64,000 nucleotides of DNA from contig CAVTHK010000010.1 of assembly GCA_963734495.1 (NCBI GenBank), positions 64,001 through 128,000 of the forward strand, given 5' to 3'. The DNA comes from an uncultured Spirochaetota bacterium (lineage in GTDB: Bacteria; Spirochaetota; Spirochaetia; SZUA-6; CAVTHK01). The translations under genes were made by a program, and so were the position numbers. The notes under the pieces are model-generated. The model made no database searches. It was not told where the DNA came from and saw only the letters and a list, made by a program, of their open reading frames with translations. Below are positions 43,094 through 52,300 of the stretch, one piece after another (positions within the stretch are counted from its first letter, which is position 1; the number at the start of each line of letters is the position of its first letter).

Positions 43094-44773
43094 CTACTTC
43101 CCACCCGAAGACTCCGGCTCTTCTTCCTCGACAACTTCCACGCTCTCTTCGATCAGGCCGCGGATGGCGTGCGCGTTCTCGGGCGTCATCCCCTTGAGCT
43201 TCGCGAGGTCCGCCTCCTCGAGCTCGAGCAGGTCCTCGATGCGATCGAGGCCGTTCGAGCGGAGCACCGCCACCTGGTCGGGCGTGATGCCCGGGAGCTC
43301 GGCGATGCTCGAGATCTCCTCTTCGACCACCTTGACCTGGGCCGCCAGGGGCGCGGGCTGCGCCGGCTGCCCGCCCGGCCCGGCGGGCTCGCCCGGCGCG
43401 CCTGGTTCGCCGGGCTCCGCCCCGGCAGGCTCCGCCGCCGGCGCCGCGGCCTCCGCGGCCGCTTCGGCGCTCTCCTCGTCGACGACTTCGACGTTCTCCT
43501 CGATCGCCTTGCGGATCGCGTTGGCGTCCTCTGCCGAGAGGCCCTCGATTCCCGCGATCTCGCTCTCGCCGAGGGCGACCAGGTCCTCGATCATCTCGAT
43601 CCCGGCCGAGCGCAGGAGCTGGATCTGCCGCTCGGACAGCCCCGGGAGCTCCGCGACCGTGACGATCTCGCGCTCGTCCTCGACCTCGCCGAACAGGGCG
43701 GAAACGGCCCTCTTGGTCTCGGCGCCGAGGTCCATCTCCTGGAACTGCTGATCGTTCTTCACGTCGATGTTCCAGTCGACGAGACGGTTGGCGAGCCGCA
43801 CGTTCAGCCCCTGCTTGCCGATGGCCAGTGAGAACTGGTTCTCGGAGACCACGGCGAGCGCGTGCTTCTTTCCCTCGTCCAGCAGGACGACCTGACTGAC
43901 CTCCGCAGGGCTCAGAGAGTTGCGTATGAACATCCGGGGATCCGGGTCGTACTTGACGATGTCGATCTTCTCGCCCTCGAGCTCGCGCACGATCGCCTGG
44001 ATGCGCACCCCCTTGACGCCGACGCAGGCCCCGACGGGGTCGACGTCGTCGCGGTTGGAATAGACGGCGATCTTGGTCCGGTAGCCGGGCTCGCGCACGA
44101 TCTTGAAGATCTCCACGGTGCGGTCGTAGATCTCGGGCACCTCGAGCTCGAAGATGCGCTTGACGAACTCCGTGTGCGTCCGCGAGAGCACGATCTGAAG
44201 GCCCGAAGGCGTCTTGTTCACCTCGTAGATCAGGGCCTTGATCCGGTCGTTGGCGTGGTAGATCTCGCGCGGGGACTGGAAGCGCTTGGGAAGGATGCCC
44301 TCGGTCTTTCCGAGGTCCACGTAGATGGTGCCGTTGCGCTCGCGCTGGTAGTAGCCGATCACCATCTCCCCGACCTTGTCCTTGAACTCCGAGTACAGCG
44401 TGTCCTTCTGGATCTCGCGGAGGGTCTGCCGCGCCTTCTGCTTCGCGCTCTGCACGGCGATGCGGTCGAACTCCGCCGGGTTCACCTCGATGAGGAGCTC
44501 GTCGCCGATCTCGCACCCCTGGTCGTAGTCGAGCGCGTCCTCGAGGGCGATCTCGGTGACGGGGTCGTAGACCTCGTCGACGATCTTCTTCTGGGAGTAG
44601 ATCGTGACTTCGGTCCCTTCGTCGCTGAACTTGACCACCGCGTTCTCGGAGGTGCCGTACTTTCTCTTGTAGGCCGCGAGCAGCGCTTCCTCTATCGTCT
44701 TGAGCACGAGCTCTTCCGAGATGCCCTTGTCCTGGACGAGCTGCTTGATTGCCTGTGACATCTGCGAAGACAT
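43094..44773 (-). CDS. nusA: Transcription termination/antitermination factor NusA with duplicated C-terminal HhH repeats
   Basis: FDRIAVQSAKQ, REPGYRTKIAV, DPVGACVG, SLAIGKQGLNVRLA. Confidence 0.96.
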   Translation of the reverse strand: MSSQMSQAIKQLVQDKGISEELVLKTIEEALLAAYKRKYGTSENAVVKFSDEGTEVTIYSQKKIVDEVYDPVTEIALEDALDYDQGCEIGDELLIEVNPAEFDRIAVQSAKQKARQTLREIQKDTLYSEFKDKVGEMVIGYYQRERNGTIYVDLGKTEGILPKRFQSPREIYHANDRIKALIYEVNKTPSGLQIVLSRTHTEFVKRIFELEVPEIYDRTVEIFKIVREPGYRTKIAVYSNRDDVDPVGACVGVKGVRIQAIVRELEGEKIDIVKYDPDPRMFIRNSLSPAEVSQVVLLDEGKKHALAVVSENQFSLAIGKQGLNVRLANRLVDWNIDVKNDQQFQEMDLGAETKRAVSALFGEVEDEREIVTVAELPGLSERQIQLLRSAGIEMIEDLVALGESEIAGIEGLSAEDANAIRKAIEENVEVVDEESAEAAAEAAAPAAEPAGAEPGEPGAPGEPAGPGGQPAQPAPLAAQVKVVEEEISSIAELPGITPDQVAVLRSNGLDRIEDLLELEEADLAKLKGMTPENAHAIRGLIEESVEVVEEEEPESSGGK

Positions 44774-44776
44774 GCG

Positions 44777-45235
44777 TTACCTTCGGACCTCCAGCGTCTG
44801 GTCGAGCCTGGCCGCTCGAATGTCTGCGAGGTTGACCACCCTCGCGCTCCCATCCTGCTCCAGAGTGAGCAGATCGCCCTCGATCCCGCGGATCGTGCCC
44901 TTCGTCCACTCGGACTGCCCCTGGAGGAGGAGCCGCACGCCGCGGTTGCGGAAGATGGCGTACTCCTCTTTCCTCTTCAGGCGCCTGTCGATCCCGGGCG
45001 ACGAAACCTCCATCGAGAGATCGGCGAGCCCCTCGATCATCTCGAGCCTCGGCCTCACGGTCCGGGAAACCAGCGTGCAGTCCTGCACGCTGATCCCGGG
45101 CTCGCGGTGGATGACCAGCCGGACGTGGGTGAGCCGGCGGCTTCGGTGCAGGGCCAGCTCGACGAGGCTGAAGCCCAGCCCCTCGATCAGCGGCCTGATC
45201 TCCGCCTCGACCACTTTTTCCACGTCGGCGACCAC
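44777..45235 (-). CDS. rimP: Ribosome maturation factor RimP
   Basis: GISVQDC, MEVSSPGIDRRL; first gene of the nusA-infB operon. Confidence 0.92.
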   Translation of the reverse strand: MVADVEKVVEAEIRPLIEGLGFSLVELALHRSRRLTHVRLVIHREPGISVQDCTLVSRTVRPRLEMIEGLADLSMEVSSPGIDRRLKRKEEYAIFRNRGVRLLLQGQSEWTKGTIRGIEGDLLTLEQDGSARVVNLADIRAARLDQTLEVRR

Positions 45236-45262
45236 GGGCCCACCTGCCGTTCTTCCGCAGGC

Positions 45263-45293
45263 GAAAAAAAAGAGTCTCTCTCAGACTCTTTTT
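45263..45293 (-). terminator. Intrinsic terminator-like attenuator in the rimP leader
   Basis: Minus strand AAAAAGAGTCT-GAGAG-AGACTCTTTTTTTT between promoter and rimP start. Confidence 0.7.
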
Positions 45294-45323
45294 ACCTGCA
45301 AGCCCAACGGATGTAACAAACCA

Positions 45324-45352
45324 AGCATAACAAGAGCCCGCGCGCGTGTCAA
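45324..45352 (-). promoter_or_regulatory. sigma70 promoter of the rimP-nusA-infB operon
   Basis: TTGACA-N17-TATGCT with extended TG. Confidence 0.7.
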
Positions 45353-45472
45353 CCTTGCCGGGGCGATTCGACGGCGATCGGGCGATCCGCGGCGACCGGG
45401 CGATCGCTGCCGGCGGGTGGCCTGGGGGACGCCGGACCCCGGCGGGTTCCGTGGGCCTCGCTCCGCGCGGCA

Positions 45473-46186
45473 TCAATCGATCGCGAGCGTGACCAGGCGC
45501 ACGCATCGCGCGCCGTGGGCCAGCAGCACCCGCGCGCACTCGTCGGCGGTCGCGCCGGTCGTAAGGACGTCGTCGAGCAGCACGAGGTCGGTCCCGGCGC
45601 GGAAGCCGTTGCCGCGGTAGACGATCCTGCCCCGCATGTTGGCCGAGCGCGCCGCGAAGTCGAGGCCCTTCTGCTCGCCGCCCCCGCGGCGCTCCAGGCA
45701 GCGCACCACCGCCACGCCGTGCCGGCGCGCCAGCGCGCGGCCGATCTCCCCGACGTGCTCCCAGCCCCTGCGCCTGAGCACCCGGCCCCTGCCGGGCACC
45801 GGCACGACGGGCAGCCCGGGCCACGCCTTCTCGAGCGCGGCCGCGATCCACTCTGCAAAGAGACGGCCGAGGCGGCGCCTGCCTTCGAACTTGTAGAGGT
45901 AGAGCAGCTCGCGCACCGCGCCCGCGTAGACGAACAGCGGCCGGGCGCTCTCGAAACAAAAGCTCCTCTCCCGGCAGCGCGTGCAGAGCTCCCGCTCGAA
46001 CATCAGGGCCGCCCCGCAGACCCGGCAGCGCGGGCCTTGTATAGGGCGGATGCCCGCGAGGCAGCCGGCGCAGACGGGGTGCGAAGAGCGAGCAGGGAAC
46101 GCGGCGAGCTCCAGGCCGCAGAGCAGGCAAGACCCGGGGAACAGGAGGTCGAGCACCGCCTCCGCGGCGGCGCCGATGTTTGACAT
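45473..46186 (-). CDS. comF: ComF family protein (double zinc ribbon + phosphoribosyltransferase domain)
   Basis: FPGSCLLC, CAGC, CRVC, CTRC; VPVP; LLDDVLTTGATADEC. Confidence 0.85.
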   Translation of the reverse strand: MSNIGAAAEAVLDLLFPGSCLLCGLELAAFPARSSHPVCAGCLAGIRPIQGPRCRVCGAALMFERELCTRCRERSFCFESARPLFVYAGAVRELLYLYKFEGRRRLGRLFAEWIAAALEKAWPGLPVVPVPGRGRVLRRRGWEHVGEIGRALARRHGVAVVRCLERRGGGEQKGLDFAARSANMRGRIVYRGNGFRAGTDLVLLDDVLTTGATADECARVLLAHGARCVRLVTLAID

Positions 46187-46208
46187 CGCGATGAGCGTAA
46201 CTTAAGAT
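46180..46208 (+). promoter_or_regulatory. sigma70 promoter for the 46254 gene, overlapping the comF start codon
   Basis: TTGACA-N17-TAAGAT. Confidence 0.6.
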
Positions 46209-46253
46209 GGTAAAGGAGTCTACGACGAATCGTCGAGGCAACGGGAGGGGAAG

Positions 46254-46787
46254 ATGAGGATCACACCGGGGGAAACGCCCGATCGCGAGCCGCGGCCGGT
46301 GGCGAGCGGCCGCCCCGAAGCCGCGCGCGCTCCGGGATCGCGCGGCGGGCGACCCGCCGCCGATGTCGCCTCCGAAAGCTTCGTGCCGCGCTCGATCGCG
46401 CGGTCGCAAATGGTAGTGGCGGGGCTCAGGCAGATGCAGGTCGCGCTCGAGCGAGGGGAGAGCATCGACGTCGGTGCGCTCGTCTCGGCGGTGCGCTTCG
46501 ACGGAGAGCCCGTCCTCGCTTCGCGCGAGGGAGAGCTGCAGGAGGTCGCGCGGATGCGCGACGCGGGGCGGCTTGCGCGTCTGGTCGAGAACACGGAGAG
46601 CAACGCGATGGCGCTGCTCGCGAAATCGGGATTCGCGGGCCGTCGGGACCTTCTCGCGGCGGACGGGAGCCCGGCCGAGCTGCGCGCGCTCCTCGACAGG
46701 ACCATCGCGGCGCTCGCCTCCCGCGGCTCGGAGCCATCGAGGCTGCGGCCCGAGCGCGTGATCGAGCTCCTCAAGCCCGCCCCGTGA
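46254..46787 (+). CDS. Hypothetical protein (predicted helical)
   Basis: Strong SD GGGAGGGG and promoter upstream; fills the gap between comF and the Sua5-family gene. Confidence 0.65.
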   Translation: MRITPGETPDREPRPVASGRPEAARAPGSRGGRPAADVASESFVPRSIARSQMVVAGLRQMQVALERGESIDVGALVSAVRFDGEPVLASREGELQEVARMRDAGRLARLVENTESNAMALLAKSGFAGRRDLLAADGSPAELRALLDRTIAALASRGSEPSRLRPERVIELLKPAP

Positions 46788-47343
46788 GGTTCTCGGGGAG
46801 CCTGACGGCGCCCTGCCTGATGACGCGGTAGGGACTCGCAGTCGCGTCCACGACCGTCGAGGGCGAGGCGTCGACCCTGTCGCCGCCGTCGACCACCAGG
46901 TCCACTTCGCGCTCGAACCGCGACACGATCTCCGCGATGCGCCCGAGCGGCGGGTCGCCCTCCCTGTTGACGCTGGTCGACACCAGGGGAAGGTCGACCG
47001 CCGCGAGCACGTCCCGCAGCCAGGCGTCGGCGGGGACCCTGAGGGCCACGGTGCCTCCCCCGATCGCCGGAAAGACGATCGTCAGCGGGCCGGGCCAGAA
47101 CGGCCGCAGGGCAGGCGGCAGCGCCATCGTCGAGCAGCGGGCGAGCCAGGACTCGCTCGCCACGAGCCGCAGCAGCGGCTTCGACGGGTCCCTTCGCTTG
47201 ATGCGGCTGATGCGCGCCTCCGTCGAAGGCGCGACCCCGACCAGACCGTAGATCGTGTCGCACGGGATCACGGCGACCCCGCCGGCCCGCAGCACGCGGA
47301 CGAGCGAGGCGAAGGTGTCAGCTTCGTCGAGCCGTACTACCAT
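46771..47343 (-). CDS. tsaC: L-threonylcarbamoyladenylate synthase (Sua5/YrdC/TsaC family)
   Basis: GGVAVIPCDTIYGL, IKRRDPSKPL, FWPGPLTIV, ALRVP, STSVN, PSTVVD, IRQGAV. Confidence 0.85.
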   Translation of the reverse strand: MVVRLDEADTFASLVRVLRAGGVAVIPCDTIYGLVGVAPSTEARISRIKRRDPSKPLLRLVASESWLARCSTMALPPALRPFWPGPLTIVFPAIGGGTVALRVPADAWLRDVLAAVDLPLVSTSVNREGDPPLGRIAEIVSRFEREVDLVVDGGDRVDASPSTVVDATASPYRVIRQGAVRLPENLTGRA

Positions 47344-47776
47344 GGGCGATCAGCCGGCCCGCGAGGCGCAGCAGCGCGTAGGCGGCGATCGGAAAGACGA
47401 GGAGCGCGAGCCGGAGCGTCCCTTCGCGGCCCGGGGCCATTTCCGCGGCCGTCACGAGCTGGCCGATGGTCCTGCTTTCTCCCCGCTCCGGCAGGCCCTC
47501 GAGCGCGACCCTGTGCTCTCCCGGCCTGTAGTACCCCAGGTCGCGCGCCAGCAGGACGACGGTCTCGGGATCGGACGAGAGGCTCCGCAGCTCCTCCGTC
47601 AGCTCTTTGTTGATGCGCTCGAGCGCCGCGAGGTTCTCTTCGAGCGCGCGCTCGCGCCGCTGCAGATCGACGCGCTCCCGCACCCCGAGCGGGCCAAAGA
47701 CCGTCGTATAGGCTATGGAAAGGACGAGTCCCAGGTAAATGCAGAGCACGGGCCGCAGCAGCCTCATCGTTTCCAT
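47318..47776 (-). CDS. Septum formation initiator family protein (FtsB/DivIC-like)
   Basis: N-terminal TM helix, FGPLG, coiled coil, LSSDPETV..LARDLGY..PGE. Confidence 0.75.
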   Translation of the reverse strand: METMRLLRPVLCIYLGLVLSIAYTTVFGPLGVRERVDLQRRERALEENLAALERINKELTEELRSLSSDPETVVLLARDLGYYRPGEHRVALEGLPERGESRTIGQLVTAAEMAPGREGTLRLALLVFPIAAYALLRLAGRLIAHGSTARRS

Positions 47777-47827
47777 TAACGGACAGCCCGCAAAACGACT
47801 TGACGCTCTCGAAAAACTCCATCGTTG

Positions 47828-47889
47828 TTGACACGCCCCGGAGGCGGGTTTAAAGTAATCGATAAAGTGGCTCGAAGTGTAACCGATAA
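47828..47889 (+). promoter_or_regulatory. Tandem sigma70 and sigma28(FliA)-type promoters
   Basis: TTGACA(47828)-N17-TAAAGT(47851) and TAAA(47863)-N15-ACCGATAA(47882). Confidence 0.65.
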
Positions 47890-47929
47890 TTAGGATGTCC
47901 TAAAGCCACTTCCGCGCGAGGAGCACGCG

Positions 47930-49678
47930 ATGGCGGTCGATCAAGACAAAGAGCTGGACCTCGAGGATCTGGATCTCGATCTCGAGGAGGCGGGCTCCGA
48001 GCAGTCGCGCGGCCGGGTCCTCTCGGAGGACGACCTCGAGCAGTACGGAGTCTGGATCAAGGTCAAGCCTCACACGGTCGACGAGGGAGCGGCGAGGGCA
48101 GAGCAGGAACCTCGGCTCGAGAGCCTCGAGCAGCAGGCCGCGTCGAGCCAGGACACCGCACTCACCGAGGAAGAGGAAGAGCTCCTCGGGAGCCTCGAAG
48201 AGAGAAGCTTCGCCGAGCCGGTCGAAGTCGACGAGGTGAGCGAGCTTTCCCTTCCTGCCGAGGAGGAGCTGGGCGCGCTCGAGCCCGAGGGCGAGCAGGT
48301 CGATCTGCCGCTCTCCGAAGAGCCCGCGCGCGGAGAGCGCTTCGCAGAGCTCTCGTCGCTGGAAGAGGAGCTCAACGCGGGGAAACCCGCGGGCGCCGCG
48401 GGAGCGGTCCCCCGCAGCCAGGTCCTGGCGAAAATTGAAGAAGAGCTCGCGGCCATCCGGGGCGAGCTCGCCGCTCTCAAGGGCGAGCTGGTGAGCCTTC
48501 GGAAGCCCGGAGGCGGAGGCGCGGCAAAACCCGCCGAGGGCGAGAGGGAAGCCGGCTTCTTCGCCGACGACAGCGACGAGACGATCGCGCTCACCGGGGA
48601 CGAGCTCGACAACATCCTGAACACCGCCGAGATCACCGAGGAGGAAGCGACCGAGACGGCCGCCGGCGAGGAGCTCGCGGATCTGGCGGTTCCGGCCGAG
48701 CCGGAGGCCGGAGGCGAAGAGATCTCGCTGGAGCCGGTCGCGGAAGCCCTGGCCGGGGAGGCGGCGGCTGTCGAAGCCATCCCGCTCGACGAGCCAATCG
48801 AGGAGGCGCTCGAGGAGGCGCCTGCCTTTGACACGCAGGCGATCTCGCTCGAGATTCCCGAGGAAGAGCCGTCACTCGCCGAGAGCGTCGACCTCGAGCT
48901 GCCGGACATCGAAGAGATCGGGCTCGACGCCCTCGAGGAGAAGCCCGAGGCGCTCGAAGAGGCCGCGGCCGAGCCCATCGAGGACCTCGAGATCGAGCTC
49001 ACCGACGAAGCCGCGCAGGAAGGCCAGAAAGGCGCCCCGATCGCCGAGGCGGTCGGGGAAGCCGCCCTCGAAGAAGAGGCCCTCGAGCTTCCCGCGCTTG
49101 AGGAGGAGCTGGAACCCTCAGGCGAGGAAGAGCTCGTGCTCGACGTACCCGAGGAAGTGAGCGCGGATCTCGAGCCGCTCGAGGCTGTGGAGGCCGAGGC
49201 AGCGGAGCCCGGGACCGCGGAAGCGCTCGAAGAGGAGATTTCGCTCGAGCTCCCGGAGCTGGGGGTCCCCGTCGAGGAGGCGGCCGCCGCGCCCGAGGAC
49301 CTCTCGCTCGAGATTCCGGAAGAGGAGATCGCGGAGGCCGCCGGGATGGCAGCCGGCGCCCCTTCGGCGGTCGAAGCTGCCGAGAGCGTCGAGCCCCTGG
49401 AGGAGATCGAGGAGATCGAGGAGATCGAGGCCGCCGAGGAGCGTCCGGAGCCCGCGACCAGGGCCGCCGCGGCGGCGCAGGCCGTCGGCCCCGCCAGGCA
49501 GGCGCCCGCTGGCGCGCATGGCGCGATCCCGAGCGGGCTGCGGGACGAGATCAGGACCGTCCTCAAGTACATGGATCAGCTTCTCGAGGCGCTTCCGGAC
49601 GACAAGATCAAAGAGTTCGCGGACAGCGAGTATTTCGAAGTCTACAAGCGTCTCTTCGACGAGCTCGAGATCGCCTGA
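47930..49678 (+). CDS. Very acidic, largely disordered conserved hypothetical protein (spirochaete type)
   Basis: Glu-rich; blocks DLEQYGVWIK, coiled coil, GFFADDSDETIALTGDELDNIL, C-terminal EIRTVLKYMDQLLEALPDDKIKEFADSEYFEVYKRLFDEL; GAGGAG SD. Confidence 0.85.
   Translation: MAVDQDKELDLEDLDLDLEEAGSEQSRGRVLSEDDLEQYGVWIKVKPHTVDEGAARAEQEPRLESLEQQAASSQDTALTEEEEELLGSLEERSFAEPVEVDEVSELSLPAEEELGALEPEGEQVDLPLSEEPARGERFAELSSLEEELNAGKPAGAAGAVPRSQVLAKIEEELAAIRGELAALKGELVSLRKPGGGGAAKPAEGEREAGFFADDSDETIALTGDELDNILNTAEITEEEATETAAGEELADLAVPAEPEAGGEEISLEPVAEALAGEAAAVEAIPLDEPIEEALEEAPAFDTQAISLEIPEEEPSLAESVDLELPDIEEIGLDALEEKPEALEEAAAEPIEDLEIELTDEAAQEGQKGAPIAEAVGEAALEEEALELPALEEELEPSGEEELVLDVPEEVSADLEPLEAVEAEAAEPGTAEALEEEISLELPELGVPVEEAAAAPEDLSLEIPEEEIAEAAGMAAGAPSAVEAAESVEPLEEIEEIEEIEAAEERPEPATRAAAAAQAVGPARQAPAGAHGAIPSGLRDEIRTVLKYMDQLLEALPDDKIKEFADSEYFEVYKRLFDELEIA
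49400..49429 (+). repeat. In-frame 9-bp tandem repeat (GAGGAGATC)x3 encoding EEI repeats
   Basis: Read directly from the sequence. Confidence 0.8.
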
Positions 49679-49694
49679 TATAAGTCGTCCCGGC

Positions 49695-50732
49695 ATGGGT
49701 CTCTACGACAAGGTCAAGGCGACGAAGAAAGAACCCCCGACCGGCGGCGGCCTTCTCCAGAGGAGCCTGAGGACGCGCGCGGGCGGCCCCGTGCCGCCCG
49801 CGGCTGCGCCGTCGGTCCAGCGCGCGTCGCCGGCTCCCGCCGCGCCCGCCCGCCCCCGACCCGCGGCAGCCCCCGCGCCTGCAGCGCCCGCACGCGCCGC
49901 CGCGAGCGGCCGGACTGCAGAGGCGGCGCGACACGCGCCCGCGCCGCAGCAGACTGCCGCGGAGGCGCTCGCATCCGCCGTCGCGCGGCTCGAGGCTGGA
50001 ATCGACGCCCCGCCGCTGCTCTTCGAGCTCCTGGTGCACGCGCTGAAGCTCGAGAGAGCCACCTTGTACCTCGCGGACTACGCGCGCGGCGCGTTCGTCC
50101 CCTGCGCGTCCCGAGGGCCGCAGACGCGCTCGGTCAAGCCGGTGAACGAGCGCGTCGAGAGTCTCTTCGACTCCGACGAAGTGCGCCGCCTGAGCCCCCA
50201 GACCGCCGGGATTCTCGGCGAGCCGGCCGCCGGGGCAGAGCTCAGGTTCAGGTCGTACCGCAGCGGCGACAACCCCGTCGGCCTGCTGGTGTTCGCCCCG
50301 CCCGCCGCGCCCGTCGACCACGAGTTTCTCGCTGCCGCCCTGGGCCATCCCGAGATCGTGTCCCTCCTGCTCGCGTCCAGCGAGCAGCTGGGCGAGTTCC
50401 CGCCCGTGAATCTCGGCAGCCTCGTGGGAGTCCGACCCGCCGGGCAGAGCATGCTGCTCTCCATCTCGTACCGGGACATCGCGGCGGCCCTCAAAGCGCG
50501 GGCGCCGTCGGTGGACGCCGCCTGGTTTGCCGACGCGCTCCAGCGGATGGTCGCGCGCCTGGTCGGCCCTCTCGGAAGAGTCGGAGACCTCGAGGGCGTC
50601 CCGGTCGCCGTCCTGACGGAGCGCACGATCGACGCGGAGATCCTCACGCACCAGTCCTCCCTGCTCCTCGGCCGCTACCTGCGCTCGCTGCGGCCGCTGC
50701 CCGCTCTCGTCGTCACCCAGTCCGCCGGATGA
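49695..50732 (+). CDS. Hypothetical protein (Pro/Ala linker, possible degenerate GAF-like domain)
   Basis: MGLYDKV...GGLLQRSL, AP-rich linker, LERATLYLADY..GAFVPCASRG; stop overlaps next start. Confidence 0.6.
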   Translation: MGLYDKVKATKKEPPTGGGLLQRSLRTRAGGPVPPAAAPSVQRASPAPAAPARPRPAAAPAPAAPARAAASGRTAEAARHAPAPQQTAAEALASAVARLEAGIDAPPLLFELLVHALKLERATLYLADYARGAFVPCASRGPQTRSVKPVNERVESLFDSDEVRRLSPQTAGILGEPAAGAELRFRSYRSGDNPVGLLVFAPPAAPVDHEFLAAALGHPEIVSLLLASSEQLGEFPPVNLGSLVGVRPAGQSMLLSISYRDIAAALKARAPSVDAAWFADALQRMVARLVGPLGRVGDLEGVPVAVLTERTIDAEILTHQSSLLLGRYLRSLRPLPALVVTQSAG

Positions 50733-52300
50733 TGCTCGAGCGCGGCACAAGTCGTTCCGGACAACCCATCCTCCTCTGGCGCGGCAAGCCGCTCCATTCC
50801 ACCTACGATCCCGTGAGCGAAGCCCGGCGCTTCGCGCGCACCGTCGTCGAGGGCCTGCCGGCTTCGCCCGTGATCGTGATCGTCGGAGCAGCGCTCGGCT
50901 ACCTTGAAGCCGCCGTTTCCGCCGAGCTGCCGGGGGCCCGCCTCCTGCGGGTCATGCTGGACCCGGCGATCGCCGGCCTGGAGTCCGAGCCGCCGGCGGC
51001 CCCCGGATGGCATCCAGGCCTGGGCGGCAGCCTGGGGGCCTTTCTCGGCAAGTCGCTCGACGAATCCGACGTGGCCGGGCTCCGGGTCATCGAGTGGGCC
51101 CCGTGCGCGGCGGCCTGGCCGGAGCAGGCGGCGCTCGCGCGGCGCGAGATCCGCGATTTCGTTCAGAGCCTGCGGGCGAGCTACGCCACCACCGCCTCGT
51201 TCGGGCCGCTCTGGCTGCGCAACACGCTCGCCAACTTCGTCGGGCTGACTCGGATCGGCAGGTTTGCGGAGCCCCGCGGGGCCGTCTGCATCGCCGCGTC
51301 GGGGCCTTCGCTCGCCGAAGCCGTTCCCGCGATCGCGCGCTGCCGCGACCGCATGGAGCTGTGGGCGCTGCCTTCGGCGGTCCGCGCCCTTCTCGCCGCC
51401 GGGCTTCGGCCCGACCTCGTGGTGCTCACGGACGCCGGCCTCTACGCTCTTCAGCACCTGAGCGAGCTCTGTGCTCTCCCGGTCCCAATGCCGGTCGCGA
51501 TGCCGCTCGCGGCTGCGCGCGGGTCCTGGCGGCTCTCCGGCAGCGTCCTGCTTTTCGCCCAGCCCTTTCTCTTCGAGAAGGAGCTCGCCGCGCTCCTCGC
51601 TCCCTGGCCGCTGCCCGTGATCCCCCCGCAGGGCACCGTGGCCGCCAGCGCCCTGCAGCTGGCGGTGGCCGTGGGGCACAGGATCATCGTGTTCGCGGGT
51701 CTCGACTTCTGCTTTCGCGACGTGCTCTCGCACGCGCGGCCCAGCCTTTTCGAGATCTACCACTCGGTCCGTTCCGGCAGGATGACGCCGTTCGACGGCG
51801 CGCTCTTCGCCCAGGCCGCGGATGCGCAGGGCGACCGCCGCGCGCGCACGACCCCGGCGCTCGAGGCGTACGCGCGCTGGTTCGCCGCGGCCGCGCTGCC
51901 CGCCGGCGTCAAGGCCGTGCGCCTCGCTCCGAGCCGCGTCCCGCTGCCGTCCCTCGCTCCGCTGGAGCCGCGCGAGCTGCCGGATCTGCTGCCGGCGCCC
52001 GCAGCCGCGGCTCACCCGCCCTCGCCCGTCGCGCCGCCGCCAGGGCGCGCCGCGGTCGCCGCCGCGGCGGTCGGCCGGTGGATGCGCGAGCTCGACGAGG
52101 TCCGGGGCGAGTCCCCTTCGCGCTGGCCGCCGCTGCCGAGGGAGCTCTGCTTCTTCCTCGATCTGCCCGGCTACGCGCAGGCCAGGAGCCGCGGCGGCGC
52201 CGCGGACGAAGCGGTCGCTTCGGCCCTTTCCCGGCTCGCGAGCCTGCGCTCCAGGCTCGAACCGGCTTCGATCCGCGGGGAGGACGCCGGTGAGCGGTGA
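50729..52300 (+). CDS. DUF115/Maf (motility-associated factor, MptE-like) family protein
   Basis: LHSTYDPVSEA, FGPLWLRNTLAN, IAASGPSL, PDLVVLTDAG, GTVAASA, IVFAGLDF. Confidence 0.8.
   Translation: MMLERGTSRSGQPILLWRGKPLHSTYDPVSEARRFARTVVEGLPASPVIVIVGAALGYLEAAVSAELPGARLLRVMLDPAIAGLESEPPAAPGWHPGLGGSLGAFLGKSLDESDVAGLRVIEWAPCAAAWPEQAALARREIRDFVQSLRASYATTASFGPLWLRNTLANFVGLTRIGRFAEPRGAVCIAASGPSLAEAVPAIARCRDRMELWALPSAVRALLAAGLRPDLVVLTDAGLYALQHLSELCALPVPMPVAMPLAAARGSWRLSGSVLLFAQPFLFEKELAALLAPWPLPVIPPQGTVAASALQLAVAVGHRIIVFAGLDFCFRDVLSHARPSLFEIYHSVRSGRMTPFDGALFAQAADAQGDRRARTTPALEAYARWFAAAALPAGVKAVRLAPSRVPLPSLAPLEPRELPDLLPAPAAAAHPPSPVAPPPGRAAVAAAAVGRWMRELDEVRGESPSRWPPLPRELCFFLDLPGYAQARSRGGAADEAVASALSRLASLRSRLEPASIRGEDAGER

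Noticed and set aside
46211-46239. sigma28 promoter before the 46254 gene, and a flagellin-like VRFDGEPVL segment in its product
   Set aside because: Spacer is 17 nt with a poor -10 (GTCGAGGC); a better sigma70 promoter is present; the protein similarity is too short to support
43068-46409. 1113-aa minus-strand ORF and similar long Arg/Gly/Pro-rich ORFs throughout
   Set aside because: Alternative frames over nusA, rimP and comF; composition reflects GC bias
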